Source of the DNA: Octopus vulgaris
Lineage: Eukaryota
Direction: 5' to 3'
NCBI GenBank assembly: GCA_951406725.2
Contig: OX597827.1
Location: 49,910,001-49,974,000, forward strand
DNA length: 64,000 nucleotides
The stretch's first letter is position 1. Every line of letters begins with the position of its first letter. Below, piece by piece: positions 24,434-37,200 of the stretch. The notes beneath the pieces were generated by a model that searched no databases, had not been told where the DNA came from, and saw nothing but the letters and a program-made list of their open reading frames with translations. The translations under genes and the position numbers were made by a program.

Positions 24434-24746
24434 ATCGGTGACATGTAAAAAGCACCGTCGGGACATGGAAGATGCCAGTGCCACCTGATTGGCGTCCATG
24501 TCGGTGACATGTAAAAGCACCAACTGAGCATGGCCATTTGCCGTCCTGCGCTGGCCCTTGTGCCAGTGGCACGTAAAAAACACCCACTACACTCATGGAG
24601 TGGTTGACGTTGGGAAGGGCATCCAGCTGTAGAAATACTGCCAAATCAGACTAGAGCCTGGTGCAGCCTCCATGGCTTACCAGACCCCGGTCAAACCGTC
24701 CAACCCATGCTAGCATGGAAAACGGACGTTAAATGATGATGATGAT
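24434..24746 (+). mobile_element. SINE family D copy
   Basis: Three core units (tcggtgacatgtaaaagcacc, tgtgccagtggcacgtaaaa) and tail ggacgttaaat(gat)n. Confidence 0.82.
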
Positions 24747-26049
24747 AGGTTCGACATCAGCTACACTTTTATGTTCTCCATAGCATTACAGCTCACCCCT
24801 GATATGAATTGCTCTGATTTTAGCTTCACTCACCCTGCATTTGTGTAGTGTGATGGAGGAAAAAGTCAACAGAAAAAGAAGCAAATGGGAGAAAGAAATA
24901 CTGAGACCTTACCTGTTGACCTAGGCAGGATGAGTAACCACTCTCAAGAAATAAACTCGTCCTTGTACGCTGCCGTCTCTCCTCGAACTACCCCCACGTG
25001 CTTCCTGCCCACACATGCGCCCGTGGCTGTTCCACCAGCCCCTGCAGTCTTCACTTCCATCTACTTCATCTGCAATCCTCTCCACCAACACTACATAGCT
25101 CATCACAGCCCATAACACCACAAACACCACAGTTTGAAAATAAAAGTGTAATATTGTTTCAATTTACAGCCAATGAGGACCACCCACTGCTAAACAGAAA
25201 GAATATTAAATTTATTTTGAAGATGTAAGCGTATGAGCATCAGTTTACATGGGGTGTGTATGGAAATATCTGAAAAATCATGTAGAAACCGTCAGAAAAA
25301 TATTTTAAAATGAACAACTCATTTTTCTTTACAAGCACCATTTACTTTATAAACTATATCTTTGAAAAATGGCAATTTACAGCACAACAAAAGTAAATCC
25401 AGTCATTTTCAATACACTATGAGCAAAGGATAAAATATTTGCTCAAATGTAAAGCAAAATGTAGAATAATATCCTTTTAGTCAAACATTAAAAACAATTA
25501 GCAGTGTTCCTGCAGGTTTTTAAAAAGAAAATTCAAGGTTTTCCAAGGTTTTCCAAGGGTATTTTCAAGCTAGATTCAAGGACCATCACAACCACTCTAC
25601 AAAAATTTTTCAAAGGTTTCCAAAGACATCCTTCTGATAAAACAAAACTATTTACACTAAGGTCTACCAATTTTGATGTATTTTGTTCAAACTTGATGCC
25701 AGCATTACTTAGGACTCGTGGGATCTTTGAATGCTTTATGTCTCCAAAAGCGGAAAAAAAAAACAATCGATGAGTGGAAAAAATCGATAAACCGATTCCT
25801 TATGGGATTTCCCAATCAAATTGTCTGTAAAATTTCAGCCAAAAGTTTACCAATTTCAATGGATTTCACTCAAATTTGACGTCGATATTACTTAGTTTGC
25901 TTTGAAATAAAGAGTTTGATTAGCTTAATAATCCTAACTTAATCCTGAGCAAAGCCGGGCTATACTGCTAGTATACCTTAAATTAAACGTGTGCTGGTTC
26001 GGATCCATGTTTTGAAAATGACGTACATTATTCTGCACTGAAACATACT

Positions 26050-26300
26050 TTCTGGGAAAGTTTGACCTGAGGCTGAGCGTGGTTTTTGTGCCCTCAGAGA
26101 GGAATAAAGTGGATGTCCTGACCAGAGTAAAGAACGCCCGGCTGCAAGTGCCAGAGGATCTGGAGCAAGGAGTGGCTGCAGTGTGTCGACTGAGTAACTC
26201 GGAGCTGAGGAGATTGCATTCCATGCATCACATGGGGGTGGACAGGACCCTGTTCCTAGCCAGGAAATTTGACTCTGATGTGACCAGGCAGAAAAAGAGA
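26050..26300 (+). mobile_element. LTR-retrotransposon pol fragment (RNase H end and integrase zinc-finger start)
   Basis: VVFVPSERNKVDVLTR...LRRLHSMHHMGVDRTLFLAR resembles the N-x-AD-x-LSR and H-x-G-x-x-x-T motifs. Confidence 0.6.
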
Positions 26301-26862
26301 CGTTGATATTTGTGGTGTGCCAGCTAAGCTAGAATATTTAGATATCAAAAAAAAAAAAAAAATTAAGGAAAATAATTGGATAAACAAAAAATATGGAAAT
26401 AAACCTATTGAAAAATAATTTGACTTCATTGTATAACTATATTATTATGTATTTCTACTTAGAAAAAAAACAACAAAACTAATGTGAATTTAAGATGCCA
26501 AACTCCCGAAACGTCCGAAGCAGATGTTAAAGTATGAAAAGTACTCTCCCTTGAAATAGTAATTTCTAGAACAGTTACGTCCCTTGGAGATGTTATCGTT
26601 TTCATTTTGTTACTTTTTGACTGGGGAGAAAATTAAATCTAGGTGTCACGTCAAGATCTGTGTATTGATAATACTTGAAGTTATGATAGATAAATTTAGC
26701 GGTTAGATGACTTAGCTAAACGATCTTCCTAGCAGAAATGGTGACAGAATTCAACTTGGAATTTGCATATATATTTATATTTAAATTTCATTCTGATTTT
26801 CATTTTAATGTGGTAATGCTTCATAATCCTTATCATATTTCATTATATTATCTTCAGTATTT

Positions 26863-27272
26863 GTATCTTTTCGGTTTGAACGATAGTTTTTTCTTGCGGT
26901 GTCATATGAAATTGTCACTCATAATTATGACCCTAGTATCGATCTTATAGCCTTTCAATCAGTTTTAGGGTTAGGGGTGGGGGAAAGGGTATCTTTTTTT
27001 CTTGAGAAATGTAAATAAACCCAATCTGTTTCTTAAACGAGGGACATATTCATACGGCACAGAATGTTTTCAGCTCAATAGACGTCATTGATTGGTTGAA
27101 ATTGCAGAAATTGAAGAAAAAAACAACAAATATCTTACAAACTATAGAATTTTCTCAATAAAGCCAAGAGAAAAAGATGTTTTATAAACACATTCTACCA
27201 GTATACGAAGTTTAAAAGTGTTTAGTTAGGTGGAAATTATTTTAAAAACTGCCGGTCAAACCGAAAAGACCC
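26863..27272 (-). mobile_element. GGATC-TIR MITE copy 2, 8-bp TSD cagtattt
   Basis: cagtattt at 26855-26862 and 27273-27280; TIRs about 28 bp. Confidence 0.92.
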
Positions 27273-27568
27273 CAGTATTTATTAGATAACGAACAACATC
27301 TAATGTACCTTTTGCGTACCCATTGCTTACTACGAATATGCAGTGTCAGATTTCTATCTCCTCATTCCTTACAAATGGAGTGAAGTTGAGAGCTTCGTTA
27401 TTCCCCGTGAACTGGTTTACAAGTTCTTAAAGAAACGAGACCACACCCTTGCAATTTATTTTTGGTAACTGCCGAGTGTCTCTTGCTCATTCCCACTTAC
27501 CAATTTCGTTCCCTCCGCTTTACTGTCCATAATAAATGTCTTTAACATTATTTTCACCTTGTTCCGAT

Positions 27569-28010
27569 GGATCTTTTCGGTTTGAACGGCAGTCTTTTAA
27601 AAATAATTTCCACGTAACTAAACACTTTTAAACTTCGTATACTGGTAGAATGTGTTTATAAAACATCTTTTACTCTTGGCTTTATTGAGAAAATTCTATA
27701 GTTTGTAAGATATTTGTTGTTTTTTTTCTTCAATTTCTGCAATTTCAACCAATCAATGACGTCTATTGAGCTGAAAACATTCTGTGCCGTATGAATATGT
27801 CCCTCGTTTAAGAAACTGATTGGGTTTATTTACATTTCTGAAGAAGCAAAATACCTTCCCACCACTCCTAACCCTAACCCTAATTAACCCTAACTAACCC
27901 TAACCCTAAAACAGATTGAAATGCAATAGATCGATACTAGGGTCATAATTATGGGTGACAATTTCATATGACACCGCTAGAAAAAACTGCCGTTCAAACC
28001 GAAAAGATCC
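27569..28010 (+). mobile_element. GGATC-TIR MITE copy 3, 8-bp TSD gttccgat (Merlin- or hAT-type)
   Basis: gttccgat at 27561-27568 and 28011-28018; TIR ggatcttttcggtttgaacggcagt; internal (taaccc)n at 27869-27908. Confidence 0.92.
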
Positions 28011-28285
28011 GTTCCGATTTTTCATTTTATCAAATTTGTCCATAAAGAGACGACCAGTCAAATTAATTTCGGAGCGGGCAGAGGAAATTGTTACACGCAT
28101 GCCATTTTAAAGCACAATAGTTAATTAACGAAAATAGCCGTAGTTATGTTGAACCAAATCCAAGTTACAGACCAGGTTTTACACCATAATATTCACGCGT
28201 TTAAAGGATATCTCATGCTCTGACTTAAGGCAAAAGAATGTGTATGTACTCTACATACATATATCCTTTCATGTGTGTGTCTGTG

Positions 28286-28323
<38 letters not shown>

Positions 28324-28509
28324 ACACACACACGCGCGCGCACACTAGTGCGAACACAATATCTTTAAAATAGCATGTTCTACTTTGGCTTGGCATCATT
28401 GTATCATATATTCTATGATGTATATGTGTAAGTATACACATGGCATGCATGTGCGAAAAATGCTGGCAAGACATGCAACACGAATAAAACTCGAACATCA
28501 ATAATACAA

Positions 28510-30402
28510 GGCGCCTGAAAACACACTTATCGGGGTTGATTCGCACATTGTAGGTGCGAAGACGCTGAAAAAGTTGAGATAAGTATTGGAGATGATTTTC
28601 ACGCGTGTCGCTAGCTATGAGCAAATCATCGACGTAAGCAAACACAAAATCAAGTCCACGGACAACTTCATCCATGAACTTCTGAAATGTACTCGTTGCA
28701 TTCCGCAAACCGAAGCTCATAAACAGGAACTCGAAACTTTCAATGCGGGGTAGTGACGGCAGTTTTGGGAATGTTGTCAGGGTTCATTGGAATCTGATGG
28801 TAAGCCCGGATGAGGTCAACCTTGGAAAAAATGGTACAATCATGCAAGTTCGAAGAAAAATCCTGGAGAATCCTTATAGGATAGCGATCGGGAACCGTGA
28901 CCGCATTTAAATGTCTGCAATACCCCACCAGGCGAAAGACTGAATCCCCTTTCCTTGTCAAATGTAGAGGAGATGCACAAGTGCTGGTAGAAGGGCGAAT
29001 TAGGCCGAATTAAAGCATATGTTCAAACTCAGAACGAGCTTTTTTGAGCCGATTAGGAGTGAGTCGCCGTGGACGCGAAAAAACGGGTGGTCCAGAAGTA
29101 GTGATATAATGGCGAGTTGAGTGTGTGACTTTCACTGATTTGAAAGTCTAATCCACTAACTTTGGGAAAGAAACCAAAAGGGAGTGGAACTGGTCACCAG
29201 CAGTGGCGACAGAAAATGACGAACTGAAAACGGCATTAGTAGTAACGCAAGTTGGCGTGAATCGTCCACGAGTCTCTGACGTAGAATCGTCCACGATTCT
29301 CTGTCGCCAGACATCTACAAATAAGTGAAAATGGCTTAAGAAATCCGTGCCCAGAATGGGATATGGTAGATCTGCTATAACAAAAACCCACCCAAAATCC
29401 CTTCGAAGGTTGAGATCTAGGTGTAATGAAACCTGACCGTAAGTTTTTATCGGGGATAGATTCACCGTGTGCAGGTTGATGGCAAATTGCTTCAGCTTGT
29501 CTGAAGTAAAACGCAAAGACCAAATAGAACAACTGGATCCAGTGTCAACCATAGGCGCTTTGCCAGACACACGATCTTTAACAAAGAATGCACGATTAGA
29601 TGTGAATTTGCGGGAAGAATCTGACGAGCTCAAATCTTCAGTAACTAGTTTCCCGACAACTGGAACGAACATGGTTGGATGCAACGACGGGCTTTCTCCT
29701 TGAAGGTGGTATGGTACCAGCAGAGATTGGAACCCGTTGGAGTAGACCTAGTCGACTGTGACTTAGAACAGCTTCTACTGCGAGGGCGACGAGAGCTGGC
29801 GTGTTCTCGTCACAATGTGTTCATGCGACGAGCTAACGCATAGACTCTCTCCAAAATGTTGTCATGTGACGAGGGAGTGGACTTAGCGGTATTAGAGGAA
29901 GCTACTATGGTGTTCGAACAGGTATGATGAGGTGCAAGCTGCACAGTGAACTCAATAATTTTGTTCACCATGGTGGCTAACTGGTCGAGCGAATTTGAGT
30001 CAACCGCTATGGATTGGATATTCGGCGGCAGCCGAGAGAAAAATAATTTTCGGGGCAGAGAATTGTCCTCTGGCGATGTGTCGCTGAGTTCACGTAAATG
30101 ACAAAGAAACTCAGATGGCATCCTGTCCCCAGGACCTCATCCTGCACCAGCGTCTGGAATTTGCTGTTGGCGGATTGGGTGTTCCGTCGGAGAACCTCAG
30201 ATTTAACGGACGCATAAGTCGCGTCCGGATGTGGGTCAGTGATAATATCTCTCATTGAGCGTGCAAGGAGGGCAGGCATCCCAAAGTACAATAGACTTTG
30301 TTGCTGTTCGTGAGGCACCGCATGGGCCGAAAAATAAGCGTCCAACTGGGCGAACCAAAGCGTGATGTCACCGGAGTACACTGGTAAGTGGGGAAGACTC
30401 AT
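28510..30402 (-). mobile_element. Gypsy LTR retrotransposon (CsRn1-like): gag-protease-RT, truncated after RT
   Basis: Gag LWFAQLDAYF...LFFSRLPPNIQ; CHCC knuckle CWYHTTFKEKARRCIQPC; protease VDTGSS; RT FSKVDLIRAYHQIP, MSFGLRNA and FAYVDDLLIAS. Several frameshifts. Confidence 0.92.
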
Positions 30403-30633
30403 TCTTTTTTCTTTACAGAGGAGGGAAAAGAAAGGACCGAAAAAAACGCCGACAAAGTGTTGCTGAAACAGTAACGTGTGTGCGAAAAAAAATTTACTTA
30501 AGAAAATTTTTGATTTATTTTTTTTGTGTACTGTGTGCAGTAATGAAAAAAAATTCGCTATTTAGTCGTTAACCCCTTGTTGCAGTCCGCTGAAAAAGAT
30601 AGGATAGTTAGATAGATAGACAGACAAAGAAAA

Positions 30634-30699
<66 letters not shown>

Positions 30700-30702
<3 letters not shown>

Positions 30703-33700
30703 CCAAGTATAGCATTTTTTCTATTCGTTTGGTAATCATGCCATCTTCCCAACTTTGTTTTCCGTTCTTATCTGCCCTAACAAATACATTTTCACCAATT
30801 TTGAAATATCTTGTATTATCCATTGCAGTTTTTCTTTTCTTTCCAGTTAGTAATTTGTTGAAGACTGATTTTATTTTCCTCGCAAATATTAGCTCTGCTG
30901 ATGACATACCTACTGCTCTGTTTAGATTTGGCGTCACACGATATAGTCTTAAGAACTGTTGTAGAGCTATCCCATCCGTGACTTCTTTATTCAACTTTCT
31001 TAGGGCTCTTTTGAACGTATCGACAAAGCGTTCTGCTAGTCCGTTAGATATGGGATGGTATAGTGCCCTTAGTTACATGTTCTACAGCGAATGTTTTACA
31101 AAACTTTTAAAACTCAGAAGACACAAATTGCATTCCATTGTCAGACACTATCACGTCTGGGATGCCAAATCTCGCAAACAGCTCATGTAGAAAATTTGTC
31201 GCAGTTGAGGAGGTTGGATTTTTACATTTAAACATTTCTGACAATTTAGAGAAACTATCAACTACCACTAAGTAGTATGAACCGTTTAAAAAAATGAGTG
31301 AAATTGATGAGTAGTCTCTTCCTCGGAACATCTTCTTTTGGCCAAGGTTCACTTTTTATCGTCGGTAATTTTGCTGCTAGAGCACTTCCTCTACAGCCTT
31401 TCACTAGATTTTCGATATCTCTATCCATTTTAAGCCAGTACACGTAATTACGCATTAAAGCTTTCATCCTCGAAATACCAGGATGTCCAAAATGAAATTC
31501 TCTCAACATTTTCTTTTGTAGTATTTTAGGTATTACTACTCTCTGTGTGCATACATCAGTACGCCATCACAAATTGAGCATAAGATAATTATCTTGCTTT
31601 CGTTTCGCACCAATCCCGTTCTTAGTATTGTTTTGACACTTGCTCAAGGTGCCATGCAGTGGGACTGAACCCAGAACCATATGGTTAGTAAGCAAGCTAG
31701 TTCTGAGCTCCGTAGCCACTGATGGGTGCGCTTAATTTCAGTTATGAATTTGTCCTTTTCCGCATTTCGTTTTATGTCTTCTAGGAGCACCAGTAATTCG
31801 CGTACCACATTCCACATTACAATTTTTTATTTCCCCTTCTGATCTCAATAGTGCGATTACCGTGTCTTCCAATGGCTCGCAGTGTTTCGGCATCAGTCTG
31901 GAGAAATTATCCGCATGCCCTAGATTTTTTGACGGTAAATATTCCATTTTGTAATCATAATTCAATAATGTAGTGCCCCATCGCTGCAATCTATTCGCTT
32001 CTCCCATGAATAAATCTATGAAATTTTTTTCCCACCGAATATGATTGTTAACGCCTTCTTTTCTATCTGGCCATAGTTCCTTTCAACTAGTAATAACAAT
32101 CGTGACACACGAGCTATAGCATTTATACTGCCATCGTCATATTTTTGCAGAAGCACGGCTCTTACACCCTAATCATTTACATCTGTAGCCAATATAATAT
32201 CCAACTTCGGATCAAAATGCGTTAACGATAAGTTCAATGTTAAAATGTTTTTTAATTTGTCAAATGCCTTCTGGCACTTAACAGTCCAGCACCATTTTGC
32301 ATTTTTCTTTAACAAATTATTTAGCGAGGCCCTTATATTGTGTGTACTGGGAATTTAAATTTGGTACTAATTTACTAAACCCAAGATTGCTTGTAGCATA
32401 GTCACATTCTTCGGCGTGGGTATATATCTTTTATCGCAGTCGCTCTGGATGGATCCGGTTTCCGTCCGTTTTTATCTATTATCTGGCTCAATTTAATTTT
32501 TAATTTTTTACAGGAAGAACTCGCATTTTTCCCCAGATAATTTAAAACAGTATTCTCCTATCATTTCGAATAGCCTTTTTACGAGTTCTACATGTTGTTC
32601 GTGTGATTCGCTTTTTATTAAGATATCGTCTAAATAGGCGATAGTAAAACCACAGTCACCTCAGCATTGTACGAGGGGCGTTCAATAAGTAATGCCCCTG
32701 ACCCACTTCCCATAGCAGTAGAGCAACGAAACTTGGCACAGTTATTAGTCTTTTTCTACATAGGAACCACCCAGAGTTACGCATTTCTCCCATCGTTTGA
32801 TGCGGCTCTGGAGACCGTTTTTGTAGAAGAACCCAGCTTGGTCCTCCAACCTGAACGTGACTTCAGAAATCAAGGCTGCATCATCTGGGAAACGCTTTCC
32901 TTTCAAAAACAACTTCATGATTGGGAAGAGGTGAAAATCAGAGGGTGCAAGGTCAGGAAAGTAGGGGGGATGGGGAGGAGTTCATAGCCATACGCCTGTG
33001 CTTCTGATCTGGCGACAAGCGAGTTGTGGACCGGAGCGTTGTCCTGCAGGAGGAGGATGCCTTTGCTGATCTTGCCCCGCCTCTTGATTTTGATAACTTC
33101 TCTTAATTTCCTCAAAAGTGAAGCATAATAGGCTCCTGCAATTGTGGTACCCTTTGCCAGGAAATCTGTCATCACTACTCCGTCCTGGTCCCAGAAGACT
33201 GTGAGCATGACCTTGCCAGCGGAGGGCTGCACCCTTGCCTTCTTTGGAGGGGTGAGTCACGGTGCTTCCACTGCATTGACTGGGCTTTGGTCTCTGGATC
33301 ATCGTGATGGACCCAGGTTTCATCCTGTGTAATCAGTCTTTTGAAAAATTTTGACTCATCTTCTTGGCACATCTCCAAATTCACCCTCGAGCACTCGACG
33401 CGTTCTTGCTTCTGGAAAGGCGTGAGCAACCTGGGAATCCATCTGGCAGACACCTTTTGCATATGCAAATGGTCATGAATGATAGTTTCCACAGACCCGG
33501 TACTAATCTTGACCTCATGGGCTATTTGGCGAATAATTATGCGTCGATCTTCCAAAATGGCAGCCTCAACTTGACGGACAGATGCCTCATCAATAGCAGA
33601 AGGGGGCGACCAGATCTGTAAGCTGTTTCCACAGAGTTCCGACCATGTTTGAATTCACGATGCCAGCGTTTTACAAGGTCATATGATGGGGCATCATCAC

Positions 33701-34040
33701 CATAAGTTACTTTCATTTCATCAAAAGTCTCCCGTGGTGTGCGTCCTTTCAAATACAAAAACCGGATCACTGCTCGACACTCAACAGGCTCCATTTCACA
33801 CTTGACAAAATTTCAGCTAGATCAAACAACTGCAAGTGGGTCAGAGGCATTACTTATTGAACGTCCCTCGTATACATTACTTGCAGAAATATAGAAGAAA
33901 CCACTTTTACACTGAAGGGAAGCCGCTTAAATTTACGATAAGCCACGGTGTGTATTAATGGATAATAAGTGTGAGAATTCTTCGACTTGGAGGTCTAATT
34001 TTGAGAAGAATTTCTCTCCATTCCATTTTACGAACATTCC
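30700..34040 (-). mobile_element. Gypsy (Mag-like) pol remnant: RT-RNase H-integrase, interrupted by a mariner and a SINE B fragment
   Basis: FFSKLDL, INTHRG, IAYLDDILI, LTHFDPKLDIILATD, RLQRWGTTLLNYDY, HFGHPGISRMKAL, VVVDSFSK, IVSDNG and SNGLAERFVDTFK. Confidence 0.92.
32672..33870 (-). mobile_element. Near full-length mariner (DD34D, irritans-like) with both TIRs and TA TSD; transposase frameshifted
   Basis: TIRs cgaggggcgttcaataagtaatgcccctgacccactt / aagtgggtcagaggcattacttattgaacgtccctcg. TA at 32670-32671 and 33871-33872. Motifs WIPRLL, TQDETW, LQDNAPVH and PDLAPSDF. Confidence 0.95.
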
Positions 34041-34221
34041 TCAGGACTCAGCATTGGTTAGTTATGTGAGATTAAGCAAGCTATCTATCTATCTATCTAT
34101 CTATCTGATATGCAGTCAGTCAGATAGAGAAACAGACAAATAGATAGGTAAAGATAGACAGATAGACCAACAAATAACTAGAGAGATGGATAGACAGACT
34201 TATAGATAAATAAATAGATAA

Positions 34222-34277
<56 letters not shown>

Positions 34278-34526
34278 GTAGACAAACAGACAGACAGCTA
34301 GCTAGATAGGTAGATAGCTAGCTAGATGGATAGTTAGGTATACAGATAAATAGATAAATGGATAGATTAATGGATAGTTATATATATGAAGAGACGAATC
34401 GATCAGAAATTTATGTATCTATCTATTCATCCATCCATCTTTCACTCCTTTCTTTCCTCCTTCCTTTCCTTTCTCATCTCCCTCTCTTCCTCCCTTTCTC
34501 CCTTCATCTATCTATTTATCTATCTA

Positions 34527-34561
<35 letters not shown>

Positions 34562-34664
34562 CGAGAGAGATAGTTAGATAGATAGACACACACATACACA
34601 TGAAAACCAAGAGAGAAGATGGAGATAAGCTTAATAAAAGTTTATCAATACATTGACAAGACCA

Positions 34665-34775
34665 GACCTACAATTGTTTCAATTCGTCGCTTGCAGTATA
34701 AAATCAACCAAGTTTAATTTAATTTAGCTAAATCAATCTGCTTGATTACTACAAGCGAGAATATCTTCAGGGAAG
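34665..34775 (-). ncRNA. Hammerhead ribozyme-like motif with a long stem II, downstream of a PLE
   Basis: Minus strand reads cc-CTGAAGA-T-attc.tcgcttgtagta...tactgcaagcga.cgaat-T-GAAACAATTGTA-gg. Palindromic ACAATTGT stem III; stem I only about 2 bp. Confidence 0.6.
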
Positions 34776-34999
34776 GGCGTAGAAAGAAATTTGTCATATT
34801 TAAAACATAATGAAAACATTAAACAGGAAAAGTACAGTATACCATTAAAGTTAAAAATATATAGAGTTATAAAAATAGATAGTTATAAAAATAGTTATAG
34901 TCACAAATTAATATAAATAACGATAATGTTAATGCAGACATACTCATGCAAAAATTATTCGTATTGGGCTATTGTTAGAAATGTTGTAAACAACATTTC

Positions 35000-36430
35000 C
35001 CTTGGATTTTAAAATTTCAATTATCATCATCACCATTATCATCTCCTCTATTATTGTTGTTGTTGTTGGTGGTGGTGGTGATGGTGGTGATAGGAATAGC
35101 TGTGGTAATAGAACTTTAAATCCAAAAATATGTCAAGAGAAAAGTCAGTAAAATACTGACTTTTCTCTTGGCTTAGCTAGTATTTTCTTGTTATCGTCAT
35201 CATGAGCACCTTTAGTATTGTTGTTGTTGTTAGTGGTAGTGGTCGTAGCACTCGCCTCCTTATGAGAGCTCAAAATCTCTCGTGGAAGCGTCATCCAACC
35301 AAAGTACAAATATATGGGAAATTACCACCTGTATCATCTCTTGTGAAAGGTAGAAGAGTCCAGTTTGCTGGACATTGTTGTAGAGCTGAAAACGAGGTAA
35401 TTTCTACTCTTCTCCTCTGGAAGCAATCTGCTCGCGATACCAGAGGGCGCACACTCTCCTACCCTGTTGTAATCTCCAGGGATACAGGCATCCAGCAACA
35501 GGACCTCCGTAATGCTATGATGGACCGTGAGGTCTGGCGTAACATAGTAAATTCCATTTTCTCGACCACGGTCGAACAATGATGATGAGTAGTAGAAATA
35601 GTACCTCTAAGTATTGGTATTATTGCTTATTTAGCTTGGGTTGGAATTTATTAATAAAGTTCTTTTCTCTGATTTTTCTCTCAATTTCACTTGGGTTGAG
35701 TGACACTATAAATGGTATGACTTGTTCCTATTTTCTTCTTCTTTGGGTTGTCCTCAGTTCTTGCATGGGTATATTTTATAGCCTGCTGTATGACATTTTC
35801 TATAAGTAGAGACGGGTATTTTTGTTTGAGCAAAAATTCTCTTAGTTCTGTTCGGCGTTTGTTGCTGATATTTGCATCCTCTACAATGGTACAAATTCTT
35901 CTGACTAGGCAGTATGGGATGTGGCGTTTTGTATATGGTGGATGACACGACTTAAATTATTGATGTGTGCCCGTGTTTGTTGTATATATCTGTGGTAATG
36001 GTGGTATCCTTTTTAATTACCATTATATCTAGGAATCGTCATTTGGTACTACTCATTTCTTTTGTAAATTGGAGAGATGTGTGTAGGTTGTTCAGGAAGA
36101 TATTGAACTCTTCCAGAGTATTTAGATAATCTGTCCAGATTATGAAACAACTATCAAGGTATCTCTTCCAAGCCTTTTTAATATAATTCTAAATCCAGTG
36201 CTATAGTTTTTCTCTACTTCTTGGTGGAGTTGTTGTTCTAGATATCCCAATATAGAGTTCGCTTAAACGGGAGCAAACCTCGTTCCCATCACCGTGCCTT
36301 TAATTTGGATGTAATTTTTTTCCATTAAAGAAGAATGTGTTGTTTTCCAGAATAAGCCTGACTATATCTAATATAAATGGCACTGTGAATCTGTTGGAGA
36401 TTACTTCTCTATGTTTTTCTGCCCAGTATT
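35000..36430 (-). mobile_element. Penelope-like element (paralog of 5460-6730), interrupted by an RTE 3' end
   Basis: Clear nucleotide similarity to 5480-6430; AWKRYLDSCFIIW; PHPILPSQKNLYHCR region. Confidence 0.82.
35278..35588 (+). mobile_element. RTE-like LINE 3' end
   Basis: LSWKRHPTKVQIYGKLPPVSSLVKGRRVQFAGHC...AMMDREVWR then a (tga)n tail. Second copy at 47960-48207 (-). Confidence 0.85.
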
Positions 36431-36437
36431 TAATCGC

Positions 36438-37200
36438 CTATAGAATTGGAAAGACACATACAACAGTTCATCCACCGCATGTAGTTCTCTGGATACAACC
36501 AAAGGGACAGGATTAGAGTGTACAAAGGAGCCAGGGCTAAGTACAAAGCCATCATAGAGAGTAATGTAAAGTGGATCTGCCCGCTGTACAGGAGTAAATC
36601 CTGGAGCAGCACAGAAAGGACCACAAAAATTATAGATAAAGCCAACTCATGGTATGACTACAAAAAAATACCAGAGTGTCATGTTCGTTGGTGCTACCCT
36701 TGGCGGTGAACCAGCATACCTTTTTAGAAAAGCATTAGATAAGGCTAATCTACGGATTAAAGTAGTAGAAAGGCCTGAAGACCCTATAAAATCCCCGATC
36801 TGTAGAACTTATCCCTTCGATAGGTCCCCATGTGCGGAGAACAATTGCATAGTATGTAGGATGAACCTAGAGGTTAACTGTAAGGTTAGGGATATAGTAT
36901 ATAGCTTATGATGTACTGAGGGATGGTACAGAAACAAGACAACTACTTACATTGGAGAGTTTGTACGCAGCATAGGGCAGCGTATAGACGAACACTGGTG
37001 GGAGCTCAAAAAGGAGAAAGGTTCGTCAGTGTTCTACCAATATGCTCAAGCAGAACATAGAGGCTCGGTTAATAACATAGAGGTTAAGGTATTATCAACG
37101 CAGAGAACTGATACGATACTTAGATCACAGAGGCAAAACACATAACAATAGAGAGACCGAGCCTCAAAAGAAAATACGAATGGAACAATAACATCCATCA
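36438..37200 (+). mobile_element. Penelope-like element thumb plus GIY-YIG endonuclease fragment (second family)
   Basis: SGYNQRDR...PLYRSKSW, SVMFVGAT, IKVVERP, PCAENNCIVC...CKVRDIVYSL*C...YIGEFVRSIGQRIDEH. Confidence 0.8.

Noticed and set aside
24880-25110. GC-richer patch with ORFs on both strands
   Set aside because: No recognisable domain or splice signals; probably a retroelement fragment.
27869-27908. True telomere or chromosome-fusion site
   Set aside because: The tracts are short, imperfect and internal to MITEs with TSDs.
36909-36911. In-frame TGA next to Cys in a PLE GIY-YIG region as selenocysteine
   Set aside because: It is not at a conserved Cys position and is more simply TGG to TGA decay. 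The element has other disablements and no SECIS was recognised.
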